Of a stretch of DNA of 64,000 bases, positions 38,701 to 48,018 are shown piece by piece (the stretch's first letter is position 1; each line of letters starts with the position of its first letter). Both the position numbers and the translations under genes were made by a program. Source of the stretch: Candidatus Latescibacterota bacterium (GTDB taxonomy: Bacteria > Latescibacterota > UBA2968 > GCA-2709665); contig OZ250150.1 of the NCBI GenBank assembly GCA_965237675.1, forward strand, positions 192,001 through 256,000. Reading direction: 5' to 3'. The notes beneath the pieces are model-generated. The model was not told the DNA's origin. It saw only the letters and a list, made by a program, of their open reading frames with translations, and did not search any database.

Positions 38701-39635
38701 TCAATCCCGATCGAGCGCAGCGCCTCATCCCGCGCTTCGTCCACCGCGGTCGCTCCCTGGTGTTCCGGACCGTCGATTTCGATTGCGAAAGGTGATCCGC
38801 CCGGGTGGCTGAAGAGGAAATCGGCACGCCGGGCGCCGCTGCCATATCCGCCTGCGGACTCAACCAGCCTGTCCAGTGGCGCCTGCGGCGTGAGCCAGTG
38901 GCCGGCTGCGGGCCCGAGCGCCGTGGGCACCCATTGGTTGAGGAACCAGGCTTCCGCCTGGCTTTGCAGCAGCATTTCGTCCGAACCGGGATCGAAGTCG
39001 AAAGCAGGTTCGAGGATAAAGGGGACTCTTTGAGTGACACTTGAAAGGACGGTCTCGGTTGTCAAACGCAGTGACGCGCCTGGCCGCGGCTCCCAACCGA
39101 CATCCGTCCCATCTTCGCCGATCTCGCTCACCCTATCCAGAAGACCGAGGGAACGCAGCGCTTCGCGTTCGACATTCAGGGTCGCCAGGGGCGTATGGCC
39201 GCGGCGCAGCAACTTGAGAAGCAGTCCGGTTGCTAAGCGGACGTGCTCAGCCGCCTCTCCGCGCTCCCGGCTTCTGCGGGAAAGCAGCACGCACTGGCTG
39301 AGCGCACGCTTCAATAGTCCGTCCTGCAGGAGCCGATCCTGAAGGATTCCGGGCACTGCCCCGACAGACACGTACTCGGGGATGAAATCGGTGCGCCGCA
39401 CGCCTTCGATCCATTCGACGGGTAGCAAGGCGTCCGGCAACAACCGGGTCTGGCGGGAGGGTTCAGCCGGTTCCCCTTTGTCTCCAACGTTTCGGGTACC
39501 GCGACACCTCGGAAACTTCGTGCAGCCCCAGAACTGTTCGCCCGGGTTTCGACCCCGCTTCGCCGTGCGAAGCGCCATTGGAGCACCGCAGGAAGGACAC
39601 CGGGGCGATTCAGACTGGGAGATCGATCTATTCAT
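35781..39635 (-). CDS. Zn-ribbon / DUF559-like nuclease / RecQ-family helicase fusion
   Basis: CPSCG...FWGCTKFPRC (topoisomerase-type C4 ribbon); RADFLF...IEIDGPEH...DEARDEAL..IG..VLRI (DUF559/Vsr-like); TGGGKS, DEAHCVSEWGHDFRPAY, TGTA, AFGMGIDK, QEAGRAGRD. Confidence 0.92.
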   Translation of the reverse strand: MNRSISQSESPRCPSCGAPMALRTAKRGRNPGEQFWGCTKFPRCRGTRNVGDKGEPAEPSRQTRLLPDALLPVEWIEGVRRTDFIPEYVSVGAVPGILQDRLLQDGLLKRALSQCVLLSRRSRERGEAAEHVRLATGLLLKLLRRGHTPLATLNVEREALRSLGLLDRVSEIGEDGTDVGWEPRPGASLRLTTETVLSSVTQRVPFILEPAFDFDPGSDEMLLQSQAEAWFLNQWVPTALGPAAGHWLTPQAPLDRLVESAGGYGSGARRADFLFSHPGGSPFAIEIDGPEHQGATAVDEARDEALRSIGIDVLRITNAEVLSGQGAMLDEIRGRCKMALTAFGLAAGEERAVASLVLDCATAAKVQFAIARALEYGWLTPGGSWDIDIQGAGAPAAAAVLDALRLLAGIDILYGGCSVPTRCSVRADDGFHKTWMRGDAGRWVETTLIDAPVDRLSIAIESTMSPFHRVRHEGRDFVIRPVYVPALIAAGQSFDLRRRGTAVSTYEEAHAPLRMFLRNIFRKKDFRPMQGQAIFNVLRQKDSVVLLQTGGGKSIIYQLAGLLMPGVTLVVDPITALIEDQVEVLRSYGIDRAVSITGQLSTREERERLLQRIERGEYLFVLHAPERLQSPQFRAALRALVECAPVNLAVIDEAHCVSEWGHDFRPAYLNLANNLRRLGADRERRPPPLLALTGTASRAVLRDMLADLGIDRNRSDALIRPASFDRSEIRFEIVRTSPTEEPKAALRGVLNALPGKFGLPRAEFYRPSGAHTASGIVFVPTVNARTYGIQDARSIVRQATGAEVTLYSGNPPGSVDAGKWDVEKRENAADFKANRVPVLVATKAFGMGIDKPNIRYTVHFGMPMSLESFYQEAGRAGRDRKLARATVVFSEYDSSRSSELIDPDLDLEALRSKFIAIEGNRQTADDITRALWFHLQAFSGAAREIDDVTDLLNALGDLSSRQRIERPYGDNRIRGEKAVYRLLRLGVIDDYEVDFGSRKFVLHAEAFDFDRCKNRLLEFVRSAQPGRSKSIVRSVDRIGTCRPRDAVLALVTILIEFTYDLVERSRRGMIREALLLARQARDDAEIRTRLLDYLQEGFGAEHIERLLKSEDVELSSWWNLVSKVQTVMDAGELRGLCIRALESDPDHPGLLLARALSESMCSDHDETVSARGIGAAIRGGVEKYGISRTDIEAAIDEMYDLASTRAGDLGPPLTVALLDLADAAPDFAYLERRVSQRTGDLDDPRVRAVIAIRRVRNVVDRLNQIADRVASQYEAPGVAKALGA

Positions 39636-39671
39636 ATCGGCTTTCGTGCCGAGCATCCCGAAAAGGAGGAG

Positions 39672-40334
39672 TCAATACGCGCGGACACCTGTCCTCTCGC
39701 CGATCCAATCGATCATGGCACCGAATGTGGGACATTGGTCCGCGATGTCGTGCAGGTCTGCGTTTTTCAGGATGGCATAACTATCCGTATTTTCGCGATA
39801 GGACCGTTTGAGATGTCTCTGGAAGAGTCCCTCAACGATTCTCTTCGGCGGTCTGTCTTGATTCTGTTTTTCGGGAGGTCGGCGCCAGCCGCGGGGTTCG
39901 TTCGTCATTCTAAGGCGTGACCCAAGTTGACTCGTTGCCGCAAGGAGCAACACTTCCATGTCATATTTAAAAGCACTGGCATAAAAACGTGCGAAATGAC
40001 TGTTGAAATCAGCCTTGCTAACCACCCGCTGCAGATTCCGCCCTACGAGTCGGGTTTGGATGTCCCTTAGTTCCTCCAAATCACCGTGCTCGTATTCCGT
40101 GGCAAATCCTCGATTCGGGTATAGGTCCGGTAAGCCTACAACCAGGTCTCTGGGATTGTTTGCCAGTTTCTCAGTCGCTCGTGCGCCGATCTTTCTCAGA
40201 TATTTTTGTTTGTTGTTCAGGGAAATCAGCTTAACGCCCCAACCCTCGTGACCAAGCTGCCGTTTCCAACCGCTCAACAACGCCGATAGTGCCTGTTCGT
40301 CCGAGTTCCCCTCCACAAAAATCCACACCTTCAT
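39672..40334 (-). CDS. DUF4276-family (TOPRIM/RloB-like) protein
   Basis: IFVEGNSDE, GLPDLYP, MEVLLLA, PEKQN..PPKR, CPTF motifs; ATGA overlap with the ATPase. Confidence 0.8.
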   Translation of the reverse strand: MKVWIFVEGNSDEQALSALLSGWKRQLGHEGWGVKLISLNNKQKYLRKIGARATEKLANNPRDLVVGLPDLYPNRGFATEYEHGDLEELRDIQTRLVGRNLQRVVSKADFNSHFARFYASAFKYDMEVLLLAATSQLGSRLRMTNEPRGWRRPPEKQNQDRPPKRIVEGLFQRHLKRSYRENTDSYAILKNADLHDIADQCPTFGAMIDWIGERTGVRAY

Positions 40335-41623
40335 GCGCCGGCCTCCAGTTCGCCGGAGCGGTGGAGGTCTCCAAGGGTTTCGCCTGTAACGTTCTTAAGC
40401 ATCTCCACAAGCGTCTTCCGGTTCGCCGGGCGGTGCCATGCTACCTTTGCGTCGTCTTCGCTCCGCGCCATCACGGCTACGTCGTCAATATCGAAGCGGT
40501 TGAGCAAATCCGGGCTGTGAGTCGTCACCAGCACCTGGGTGCGTTCCGCGGCTGTCTTGATCATTTCGGCGACGACCGGCAACAGCCCGGGATGCAAACC
40601 CAATTCGGGTTCGTCAATTGCTACCATCATGCGAGGCGCCGGAGTCAATAGAGCCGTCGCCAGGCAGAGGAATCTCAGCATGCCATCTGAAAGATCCCAC
40701 AGATTCATGGACCGGTGCATGCCCTTCTCGCGCACGCCGACGAGCACTTGCGGCGGCGTTCCATAGGTAGTGTCGCAATGTATCTCCTCAAATGCCGGGT
40801 AAGCTACGCGCAGGAATTCGCGCAGCTCCTCTGCCGATGACCGGTAGTCATATCGAGTCAGGATTTCGTGCAGCACGGTCCCGAGATTGCCGCCATTGCT
40901 TGACAATGTTGTAACTGGTAAAATGTCGGCGGCCTTGGTGCGAAGCGAGGAAGACCGTGTCATATCGAAACCGGGGTAGAACGCCATATGTGCCAACAAA
41001 ACCCGAACGGAAGAGGGAACAGGAAACTCGTTGAAGAACCGAATTTGCGAAAGCAACAAGGCGACTTCCTGTTGTGCCGTCTGGGCAGGAACGCTCGGCA
41101 GAGCAGTTTCCGAAGGATTGGACTCGCGTACAATATCAGTTGACGATTGCGCTTCATCAAACGGTGTAAACTTACCTTGTCTTCTGTCGAATATCTGCCG
41201 GCGGTATGGGGTTGCCTCCAGGAACTTGAAGGGTTCCATATGACCAGGTGCTGGCTCTTGGTTTCTGAGAACCTCGTATCGGGGCTGCATTTGGTTCTGA
41301 GTATCTGGCACTAAAACGACCTCGTACACCAGCGACTTTTCCGCCTCCATGTTCAAAATGCCCCATAGGGTGGGGTCATGAAAAGTGATGTTCCAGGTCA
41401 ACTGCTTGTTAACGTTACCCGAGGAAATGATGGACGCTGCCCCATAGTGCCAGCCAATTGCCGAATTCAGGGGGACCTCGCAACACTCCGCAATCAGTTG
41501 CAGGCAATCGATCAACGTACTCTTACCGACCGCATTTGCGCCGATCACCACGGTGAGCGGTTTTAAGTCCGCTTTGAAGTCGTCGAGAAGCCGGTAGCCC
41601 CCGATCTCAATTTCAGAAATCAT
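40331..41623 (-). CDS. ABC-type (AAA_21/AAA_15) ATPase
   Basis: Walker A GANAVGKS, signature LSDG, Walker B/D-loop IDEPELGLHP, H-loop TTHS. Confidence 0.92.
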   Translation of the reverse strand: MISEIEIGGYRLLDDFKADLKPLTVVIGANAVGKSTLIDCLQLIAECCEVPLNSAIGWHYGAASIISSGNVNKQLTWNITFHDPTLWGILNMEAEKSLVYEVVLVPDTQNQMQPRYEVLRNQEPAPGHMEPFKFLEATPYRRQIFDRRQGKFTPFDEAQSSTDIVRESNPSETALPSVPAQTAQQEVALLLSQIRFFNEFPVPSSVRVLLAHMAFYPGFDMTRSSSLRTKAADILPVTTLSSNGGNLGTVLHEILTRYDYRSSAEELREFLRVAYPAFEEIHCDTTYGTPPQVLVGVREKGMHRSMNLWDLSDGMLRFLCLATALLTPAPRMMVAIDEPELGLHPGLLPVVAEMIKTAAERTQVLVTTHSPDLLNRFDIDDVAVMARSEDDAKVAWHRPANRKTLVEMLKNVTGETLGDLHRSGELEAGA

Positions 41624-41989
41624 AGGAAAATACCTTTCGCGTCAATTGTCGACATCGTTACAGTGCGCGGTTCCGGCGGTTGAGTACCTTGCGGGAGAGT
41701 TTGGCATCTGCGTCGCGGCCCTTGGCGCGCTTGATGCAATACATCAAAGGACGATTGCTTACAATTAATGCCCTTCAGACGGTCTGTCAAGGGGCATAAC
41801 ACAGGCAAGGATCGTGCCAGGCGTGGGGGTGAGGTTTTCTCTAGATCATTCATCATGGCACGCCGTAGGGACAGGTTCGGGCCGCTGGAGTTCTGATTCG
41901 ACGTCGTCCGGTCCCGACCAAGCGCGTCAGCAGATGCCGTTGCGGTGAATCGCCGAATCGAAGGGTATCGGCCAGCTACGGTATCCGCT

Positions 41990-42727
41990 CTACTCGACTG
42001 CGAACAGACGGTTGCGCGACGGCAGGCTGACGAACTTCGAGAAGTGGTGGATCTGCAGATCGGGGTGGCGGGAATCGACGGCGGTGGGCGCTTCGATCAC
42101 GAAATCGGCGAAGTGGGGGGCATTGAATGCCACGAAGGCGAGCGACAGGGAGTCGACAAGCCGCGTGGGCCTCGACGAGAGGTCGGGAAACGCGAGCGGG
42201 CCGGTGTCGACCTGGTACCGGTCGTCCTCGCGGCGGGTATTCATCGTCTTCACCGGGCATTCGATCAGGGCCCTGAGTCCGGTTTCATCGTTTCGGATCT
42301 CGGTCTGCGAGACCAGCGGCGCGAAGCGGTACGTTTCCTCGCGGATGGACGCGTTCGACGGCAACTCGCGAATTCTCCTGCCTTCGACGAGGTGGAGGTC
42401 GTAGCCGCCGAACATCTCCGCGTACGGCCGCGTTTCCCGGTAGCGGACGCTGAAATAGGCGGGACGCCGGAAAATGAGCCCGTACCCGGCACTGAAGATC
42501 GGAAGAAAATCGTAATTCTCGCGCCGGAACAGATCCTTTTCGTGGAAGGTGTTCTCGCTCTTGCACGAGGCGGTCTGGTAGAAATCCTCGCAGATCCCCT
42601 CGCTTTCGTCGATAACGCGGGTGCGCGACTCGATCCAGAAGCGCGCCTCGTTTGTCCGCCCCTTTCCAATCAGGAACGAGCGGCCGTAGTCGAGCGGGGT
42701 CATTTCGATCTGTGAATCGCGATTCAT
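41990..42727 (-). CDS. Hypothetical protein
   Basis: Strong GC3 bias and enzyme-like motifs (DYGRSF, RFWIESRT, ASCKSENTF, NYDF, ECPVKTMN, QVDTGP). Confidence 0.7.
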   Translation of the reverse strand: MNRDSQIEMTPLDYGRSFLIGKGRTNEARFWIESRTRVIDESEGICEDFYQTASCKSENTFHEKDLFRRENYDFLPIFSAGYGLIFRRPAYFSVRYRETRPYAEMFGGYDLHLVEGRRIRELPSNASIREETYRFAPLVSQTEIRNDETGLRALIECPVKTMNTRREDDRYQVDTGPLAFPDLSSRPTRLVDSLSLAFVAFNAPHFADFVIEAPTAVDSRHPDLQIHHFSKFVSLPSRNRLFAVE

Positions 42728-42881
42728 AGCGCACACTCGCCGGTTAGCGACACAAAACACAAAAACCCCAGAACCTCAAACGCTCCCGCAGGGTATCCCG
42801 AGGTTTAGCCCCAATCCCTTGGAACTTCCTTTGTAGCTGCGATACTTTCGGTTAACCTAATAGCAGGTTCCGGCGGGCAAT

Positions 42882-43493
42882 CTAAGTCGCAAAAAGCGGG
42901 AACTTCTCATTGATAAGCATAAGCGTTTTCTGCTTCGCAATGACCCGGTAGGAGCGACTGATGAACTTCCCGCCTTCAAGGTGCGCGACGGCACGCGGCA
43001 GACCGCTCAATGACTCCATACCGCACCAGAGCAGTTCGCGCCGAGTCTCCAGACCGATTCGCCGCAGGAGCCCGCCCAATCCCTCCCTGTCAGACGCCAA
43101 CCCTTCCAGAAAGGATTTCGGCAGACGATGCGGCACTATCAACGAGTCTGCGTACACATAAATGGTCGATGGCGAGCCGTCAGGCGTGTGGACTCGAATC
43201 ACCGCCTGCCTTGAGATCACCTTCGCCCCGATGGGTAACTCCAACCACGGATGTCCGCCTGAGAGCGTCCGTTCCGACTGCTGTAGGCGGACAACCTCCA
43301 CCGGCGTCATTGTATACGCTTCGATGAACCGTGTAACGATCCCGTCCGTAACCAGCATCCCCCTCTGAAACGGAGTGAGGCGGGACAGGTTGATTTCTCC
43401 CAACGCGGAAGGCTTGTCGTGTTGCGCCACAAAGAGTTCTTTCATGCGTGCACCGAGGACGGCGTCCGATTCGTCAGTGACGTCAGGTTTCAT
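42882..43493 (-). CDS. Chorismate pyruvate-lyase-like protein (DUF98/UbiC fold)
   Basis: LVTDGIVTRFIEA, YADSLI, GLGGLL..LETRRE, SRSY, INEKFP. Confidence 0.85.
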   Translation of the reverse strand: MKPDVTDESDAVLGARMKELFVAQHDKPSALGEINLSRLTPFQRGMLVTDGIVTRFIEAYTMTPVEVVRLQQSERTLSGGHPWLELPIGAKVISRQAVIRVHTPDGSPSTIYVYADSLIVPHRLPKSFLEGLASDREGLGGLLRRIGLETRRELLWCGMESLSGLPRAVAHLEGGKFISRSYRVIAKQKTLMLINEKFPLFAT

Positions 43494-43575
43494 GGTCCAG
43501 GTTCGCTTTCACCTGCGAGGAACGTGCGTTGGCAGTGAAGAATCATTCGGCGCGGTGACAGACAACCCACACGAA

Positions 43576-44616
43576 TCAATCTCTGAGGGGCAGCTTGATC
43601 GCTTTGCCAGTGTGGGACGAGCGGTAAGCGGCCAGGGCGATCTCGACGGCGGCCCGTCCGTCTTCCCCCGAAACGGAGGGCGGCGTATCGTCCACGATAC
43701 AGGCGATGAAATCCCGCACTTCATCGGCAAACGCTTTCTGCCGGGGATCCGGGACCGAGGCGAAGTCGTACACCGTTTCCCACTCCGTTGCACCTTCACG
43801 GGCGACCCTTACCCGGTTGTAGGGGTCGACTTCCATCAGACCGTTCTCACCGACGAGTTCGGCGCCGCAACTGAAGCCCTTCCAGCCGGGCGGGGGAAGG
43901 GCTTCGGAGTAGATGAGGTGGGCGCTGCCGCCGTTTCGGAAGGTAATCATCACCATGTTGGATGTGACGTCGTTGGGAACCTCCGTACGCAGGGAATAGG
44001 ACCGGGCAAAGACATAGTCGGCTTCGCTTTGGAACCACCACCGTAACCGGTCGATATTGTGGACACCCCACGCGATGAGGCCGCCCGGGCCGTAGAGATC
44101 CAGGTTCGTGAACCAGGCCCGGTCCGGATTGGGCCTGCGGTAGCCGGGTGTGGCGAGGGTATCCCTGCACATGAGCAGCCGGCCGATGGCGCCCTCGTCC
44201 AGAAGGCGTTTGGACACGGCGTCGCCTTCCCAGTACCGATGGCTCTGCGCGACCATGAGTTTGCGGTTCTTGCGACGGGCGGATTGAATAATGGCGTCGC
44301 ACTTGTCCAGCGTGAGTTCCAGGGGTTTTTCCACGAGCACATGTTTGCCGGCTTCGAGGGCGGCAATGGCGTGTTCGGCGTGCAGGGCGTGCGGCGTGGT
44401 GACGATAACGGCGTGGATATCGTCCCTGGAAATCAGCGATTCAAGGCTCTTCTCGTAGTCCAGGCCATACTGACCGGCAAGGCCGGGGCCGACTTCCGGC
44501 AGGTTGGCGGGATCGTTCACGGCAACGGCTTCGCCCTGCGTTACGTCTTTGAGGGCGTCGATATGGGTACGCCCCATTTTTCCTGCGCCGACGATACCCA
44601 CGCGGACGCGTTCCAT
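43576..44616 (-). CDS. Gfo/Idh/MocA family oxidoreductase
   Basis: GIVGAGKMG, TTPHALH, GKHVLVEKP, HNID. Confidence 0.93.
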   Translation of the reverse strand: MERVRVGIVGAGKMGRTHIDALKDVTQGEAVAVNDPANLPEVGPGLAGQYGLDYEKSLESLISRDDIHAVIVTTPHALHAEHAIAALEAGKHVLVEKPLELTLDKCDAIIQSARRKNRKLMVAQSHRYWEGDAVSKRLLDEGAIGRLLMCRDTLATPGYRRPNPDRAWFTNLDLYGPGGLIAWGVHNIDRLRWWFQSEADYVFARSYSLRTEVPNDVTSNMVMITFRNGGSAHLIYSEALPPPGWKGFSCGAELVGENGLMEVDPYNRVRVAREGATEWETVYDFASVPDPRQKAFADEVRDFIACIVDDTPPSVSGEDGRAAVEIALAAYRSSHTGKAIKLPLRD

Positions 44617-44664
44617 TGGACCCTCTCAGGTGTGGAAAACAAGGCGGGAAAGCGGGGATTCAAC

Positions 44665-45561
44665 TTACATCAGGCGTTTACGCTTGGCAAGATAATTGAA
44701 CAAGACCGTATCGAAGGGCTCGGCGGTGTCCAGCAGGACATAGTCGATCAGGCTTTCACGGCATTCGCGGCCCAATTGTTCGGTGAGGGCGCCCATATGG
44801 TCTCTGTAATCGGATGCGATGTGCCACGGTTCGGTGGTCACGGAGGCACCGGATTCGAGATCGACGAACCGGGTTTCGCGACCAAAGGCGAGATCCCGTT
44901 CCCTGGGATCCAGAATGTGGAAGACGATTACTTCGTGTTTGCGGTGCCGGAAGTGTTTCAGGCCGGAAAGCAGGGAACGCGGGTCGTCCATCAGATCGGA
45001 CAGGACCACGATAAGACCGCGTCGCACAATACGTTCGGCAAGGCTGTGGAAGGTTGTGGCCAGGTCGGTGTCTTCTCCCTCGGGGTCTGTATTCTGTAGC
45101 GTTCGAAGCAGGGCGTGAAGATGCGTACTCGCTGATCTGGGCGGGAGGTAGGTGCGGATGCCGCGGTCGAAGGCTACCAGGCCGACGGCGTCGCGCTGGC
45201 GCAGCATCAGGTGTGAGAGGGCGGCAGCGGTATAGGCGGCATACTGATACTTGGTGAGGGCAGTGGAGCCATATGCCATCGACCGGCTGGCGTCCAGGAG
45301 GATATAGGCCTTGAGGTTGGTTTCTTCTTCATATTGTTTCACGTACAGCCGGTCGGTCTTGCCGTAAACCTTCCAGTCGACGTTGCGCGGCGGGTCACCC
45401 GGTATGTACTGACGGTATTCGGAGAATTCAACCGAGAATCCATGGTACGGACTCTGGTGCAGGCCCGTGATGAAGCCCTCGACCACGAGGCGGGCAACCA
45501 GGTCGAGGCGGGACAGGCGGGCGACAACGTCGGGCTGGAGGTACGCGCGGAAATCGGGCAT
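44665..45561 (-). CDS. DUF58 (vWA-like) protein
   Basis: GLHQSPYHGFSVEFSEYRQY, VDWK, YEEETN, LDASRSM, VLSD. Confidence 0.93.
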   Translation of the reverse strand: MPDFRAYLQPDVVARLSRLDLVARLVVEGFITGLHQSPYHGFSVEFSEYRQYIPGDPPRNVDWKVYGKTDRLYVKQYEEETNLKAYILLDASRSMAYGSTALTKYQYAAYTAAALSHLMLRQRDAVGLVAFDRGIRTYLPPRSASTHLHALLRTLQNTDPEGEDTDLATTFHSLAERIVRRGLIVVLSDLMDDPRSLLSGLKHFRHRKHEVIVFHILDPRERDLAFGRETRFVDLESGASVTTEPWHIASDYRDHMGALTEQLGRECRESLIDYVLLDTAEPFDTVLFNYLAKRKRLM

Positions 45562-45581
45562 CGGCGTTCGGAATTGAGGAA

Positions 45582-46577
<996 letters not shown>

Positions 46578-46659
46578 GGTTGGGAAATCCTTTGCGGGGC
46601 GGAAGGTACCGTTTTCGCCGATTCTCCAGGCCGCCGGCTGCTGACCGCCGGGGCTTCGT

Positions 46660-48018
46660 TCAGGTTTTCTGTTTCTGTTTTTTGGCTGCGGGAAAAAGGA
46701 CGTTGTTCAATATGAGGCGATAGCCAGGCGAGTTCGGGCGCAGGGCGAGTTGCGTGGGCGGGTCGCCTACGAAGTGGCGATAATCTTCCGGGTCGTGGCC
46801 GGCATAGAACGTAAACGTGCCCCGGCCCACGTTACCGTGGATGTATTTGACCTGGTCCGTACCGCTCACCTCGCCCATAATGGTGACCGACTTCTTGATT
46901 CGGCCCTTTCGGAATGCCGTGGTCTGCCCCAGAAACCCCCGGACAACGGGAACGTGGTTCTGGGTGAGCATGGTGGGCACCGGATCAAATTTGGCCGAAA
47001 ACTCAAACAGGGTGAACGCGTCCGCATCGGGCCCGCGGAACTGCGCGCCTGTGGTGGGCGAGACGTCGATGTCCGCGTGTTCATATTCCAGAGGGTCCGT
47101 GACCAGGGAAAAGTTCTCAAATGCGATGGTTCTTGAAAAATCCAACCTGGCCTGTGCCGCGGGGTGGGGCGGATCCCCGTCGTACACGGTATCGACAATG
47201 TCGACACCGGCCGAGGCCAGGGCAATGTCAAAGGTATCTGTGGCGGAACACATGGCAAAGACAAACCCGCCATCGGAGATGTATTCCAGAATGGTCCGGG
47301 CAACGGCGCCTTTTTCCAGGGACACCTTTTTGAAACCGAGGCGGCTGGCAAGGCTTTCGAACTGGGCCTGCTGACGCCGGTACCAGAGTTCGTGGCCGTG
47401 GCTGCGATAGAATTTTCCGTATTGGCCGGTGAAATCTTCATGATGCAGATGCAACCAGTCATACTCGGAGAGTTTACCGGCAAGCACTTCCTCGTCCCAG
47501 AGGATGTCGTACGGGATTTCGGCGTAGGACAGGGCCAGGGTGACGGCGTCGTCCCAGGGCTGTTTGTTGGGCGGCGTATACACTGCAATTTTCGGCGCTC
47601 TTTCCAGCCGAACGGGATTCATGTTTTCGTGCTCGATCTCCGCGAATATTCGTACGGCATCGGCGCCGGCGATGCGCTCGAAAGAGACGTCGCGCAGACG
47701 GGCCTCCATGGCCGCCGATTCCACGTATTCCATCATGAAGGCGCCGCCCCGGTAGTTGAGCAGCCACTCGACGTCGATACTCTGTTGCAGCGACCAGTAG
47801 GCCAGCCCATAGGCCTTGAGATGATTGGTCTGCCCCAGGTCCATGGGGATGAGCAGTTTGTCGGCGGCCGCGTGGGAAGAGAACCCGAGCAGACACAGAC
47901 AGAAAGCCATGGTCCTGACGAGAAGACCGGGGACTCCACACGGGGGGCGGGCGAAGCGAGTGTCCACCCGGGGGCCTGGGGAGGACGTCTTTCGGTACTG
48001 CCGGCAGTGAGTCTTCAC
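46660..48018 (-). CDS. Conserved exported protein of the FCB group (often labelled 'asparagine synthetase B'-like; GATase-like fold)
   Basis: LIPMD..QTNHLKAYG, WLLNYRGG, PWDDAVTLAL, WLHLHHEDFTGQYGKF, FAMCSATD, NSPGYRLILNNVLFPAA. Alternative start ATG 47910 gives a signal peptide. Confidence 0.8.
   Translation of the reverse strand: MKTHCRQYRKTSSPGPRVDTRFARPPCGVPGLLVRTMAFCLCLLGFSSHAAADKLLIPMDLGQTNHLKAYGLAYWSLQQSIDVEWLLNYRGGAFMMEYVESAAMEARLRDVSFERIAGADAVRIFAEIEHENMNPVRLERAPKIAVYTPPNKQPWDDAVTLALSYAEIPYDILWDEEVLAGKLSEYDWLHLHHEDFTGQYGKFYRSHGHELWYRRQQAQFESLASRLGFKKVSLEKGAVARTILEYISDGGFVFAMCSATDTFDIALASAGVDIVDTVYDGDPPHPAAQARLDFSRTIAFENFSLVTDPLEYEHADIDVSPTTGAQFRGPDADAFTLFEFSAKFDPVPTMLTQNHVPVVRGFLGQTTAFRKGRIKKSVTIMGEVSGTDQVKYIHGNVGRGTFTFYAGHDPEDYRHFVGDPPTQLALRPNSPGYRLILNNVLFPAAKKQKQKT

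Noticed and set aside
35235-41989. Direct repeats or att sites bounding the candidate defence block
   Set aside because: No convincing shared repeat found by eye between 35235-35360 and 41624-41989, and no recombinase nearby.
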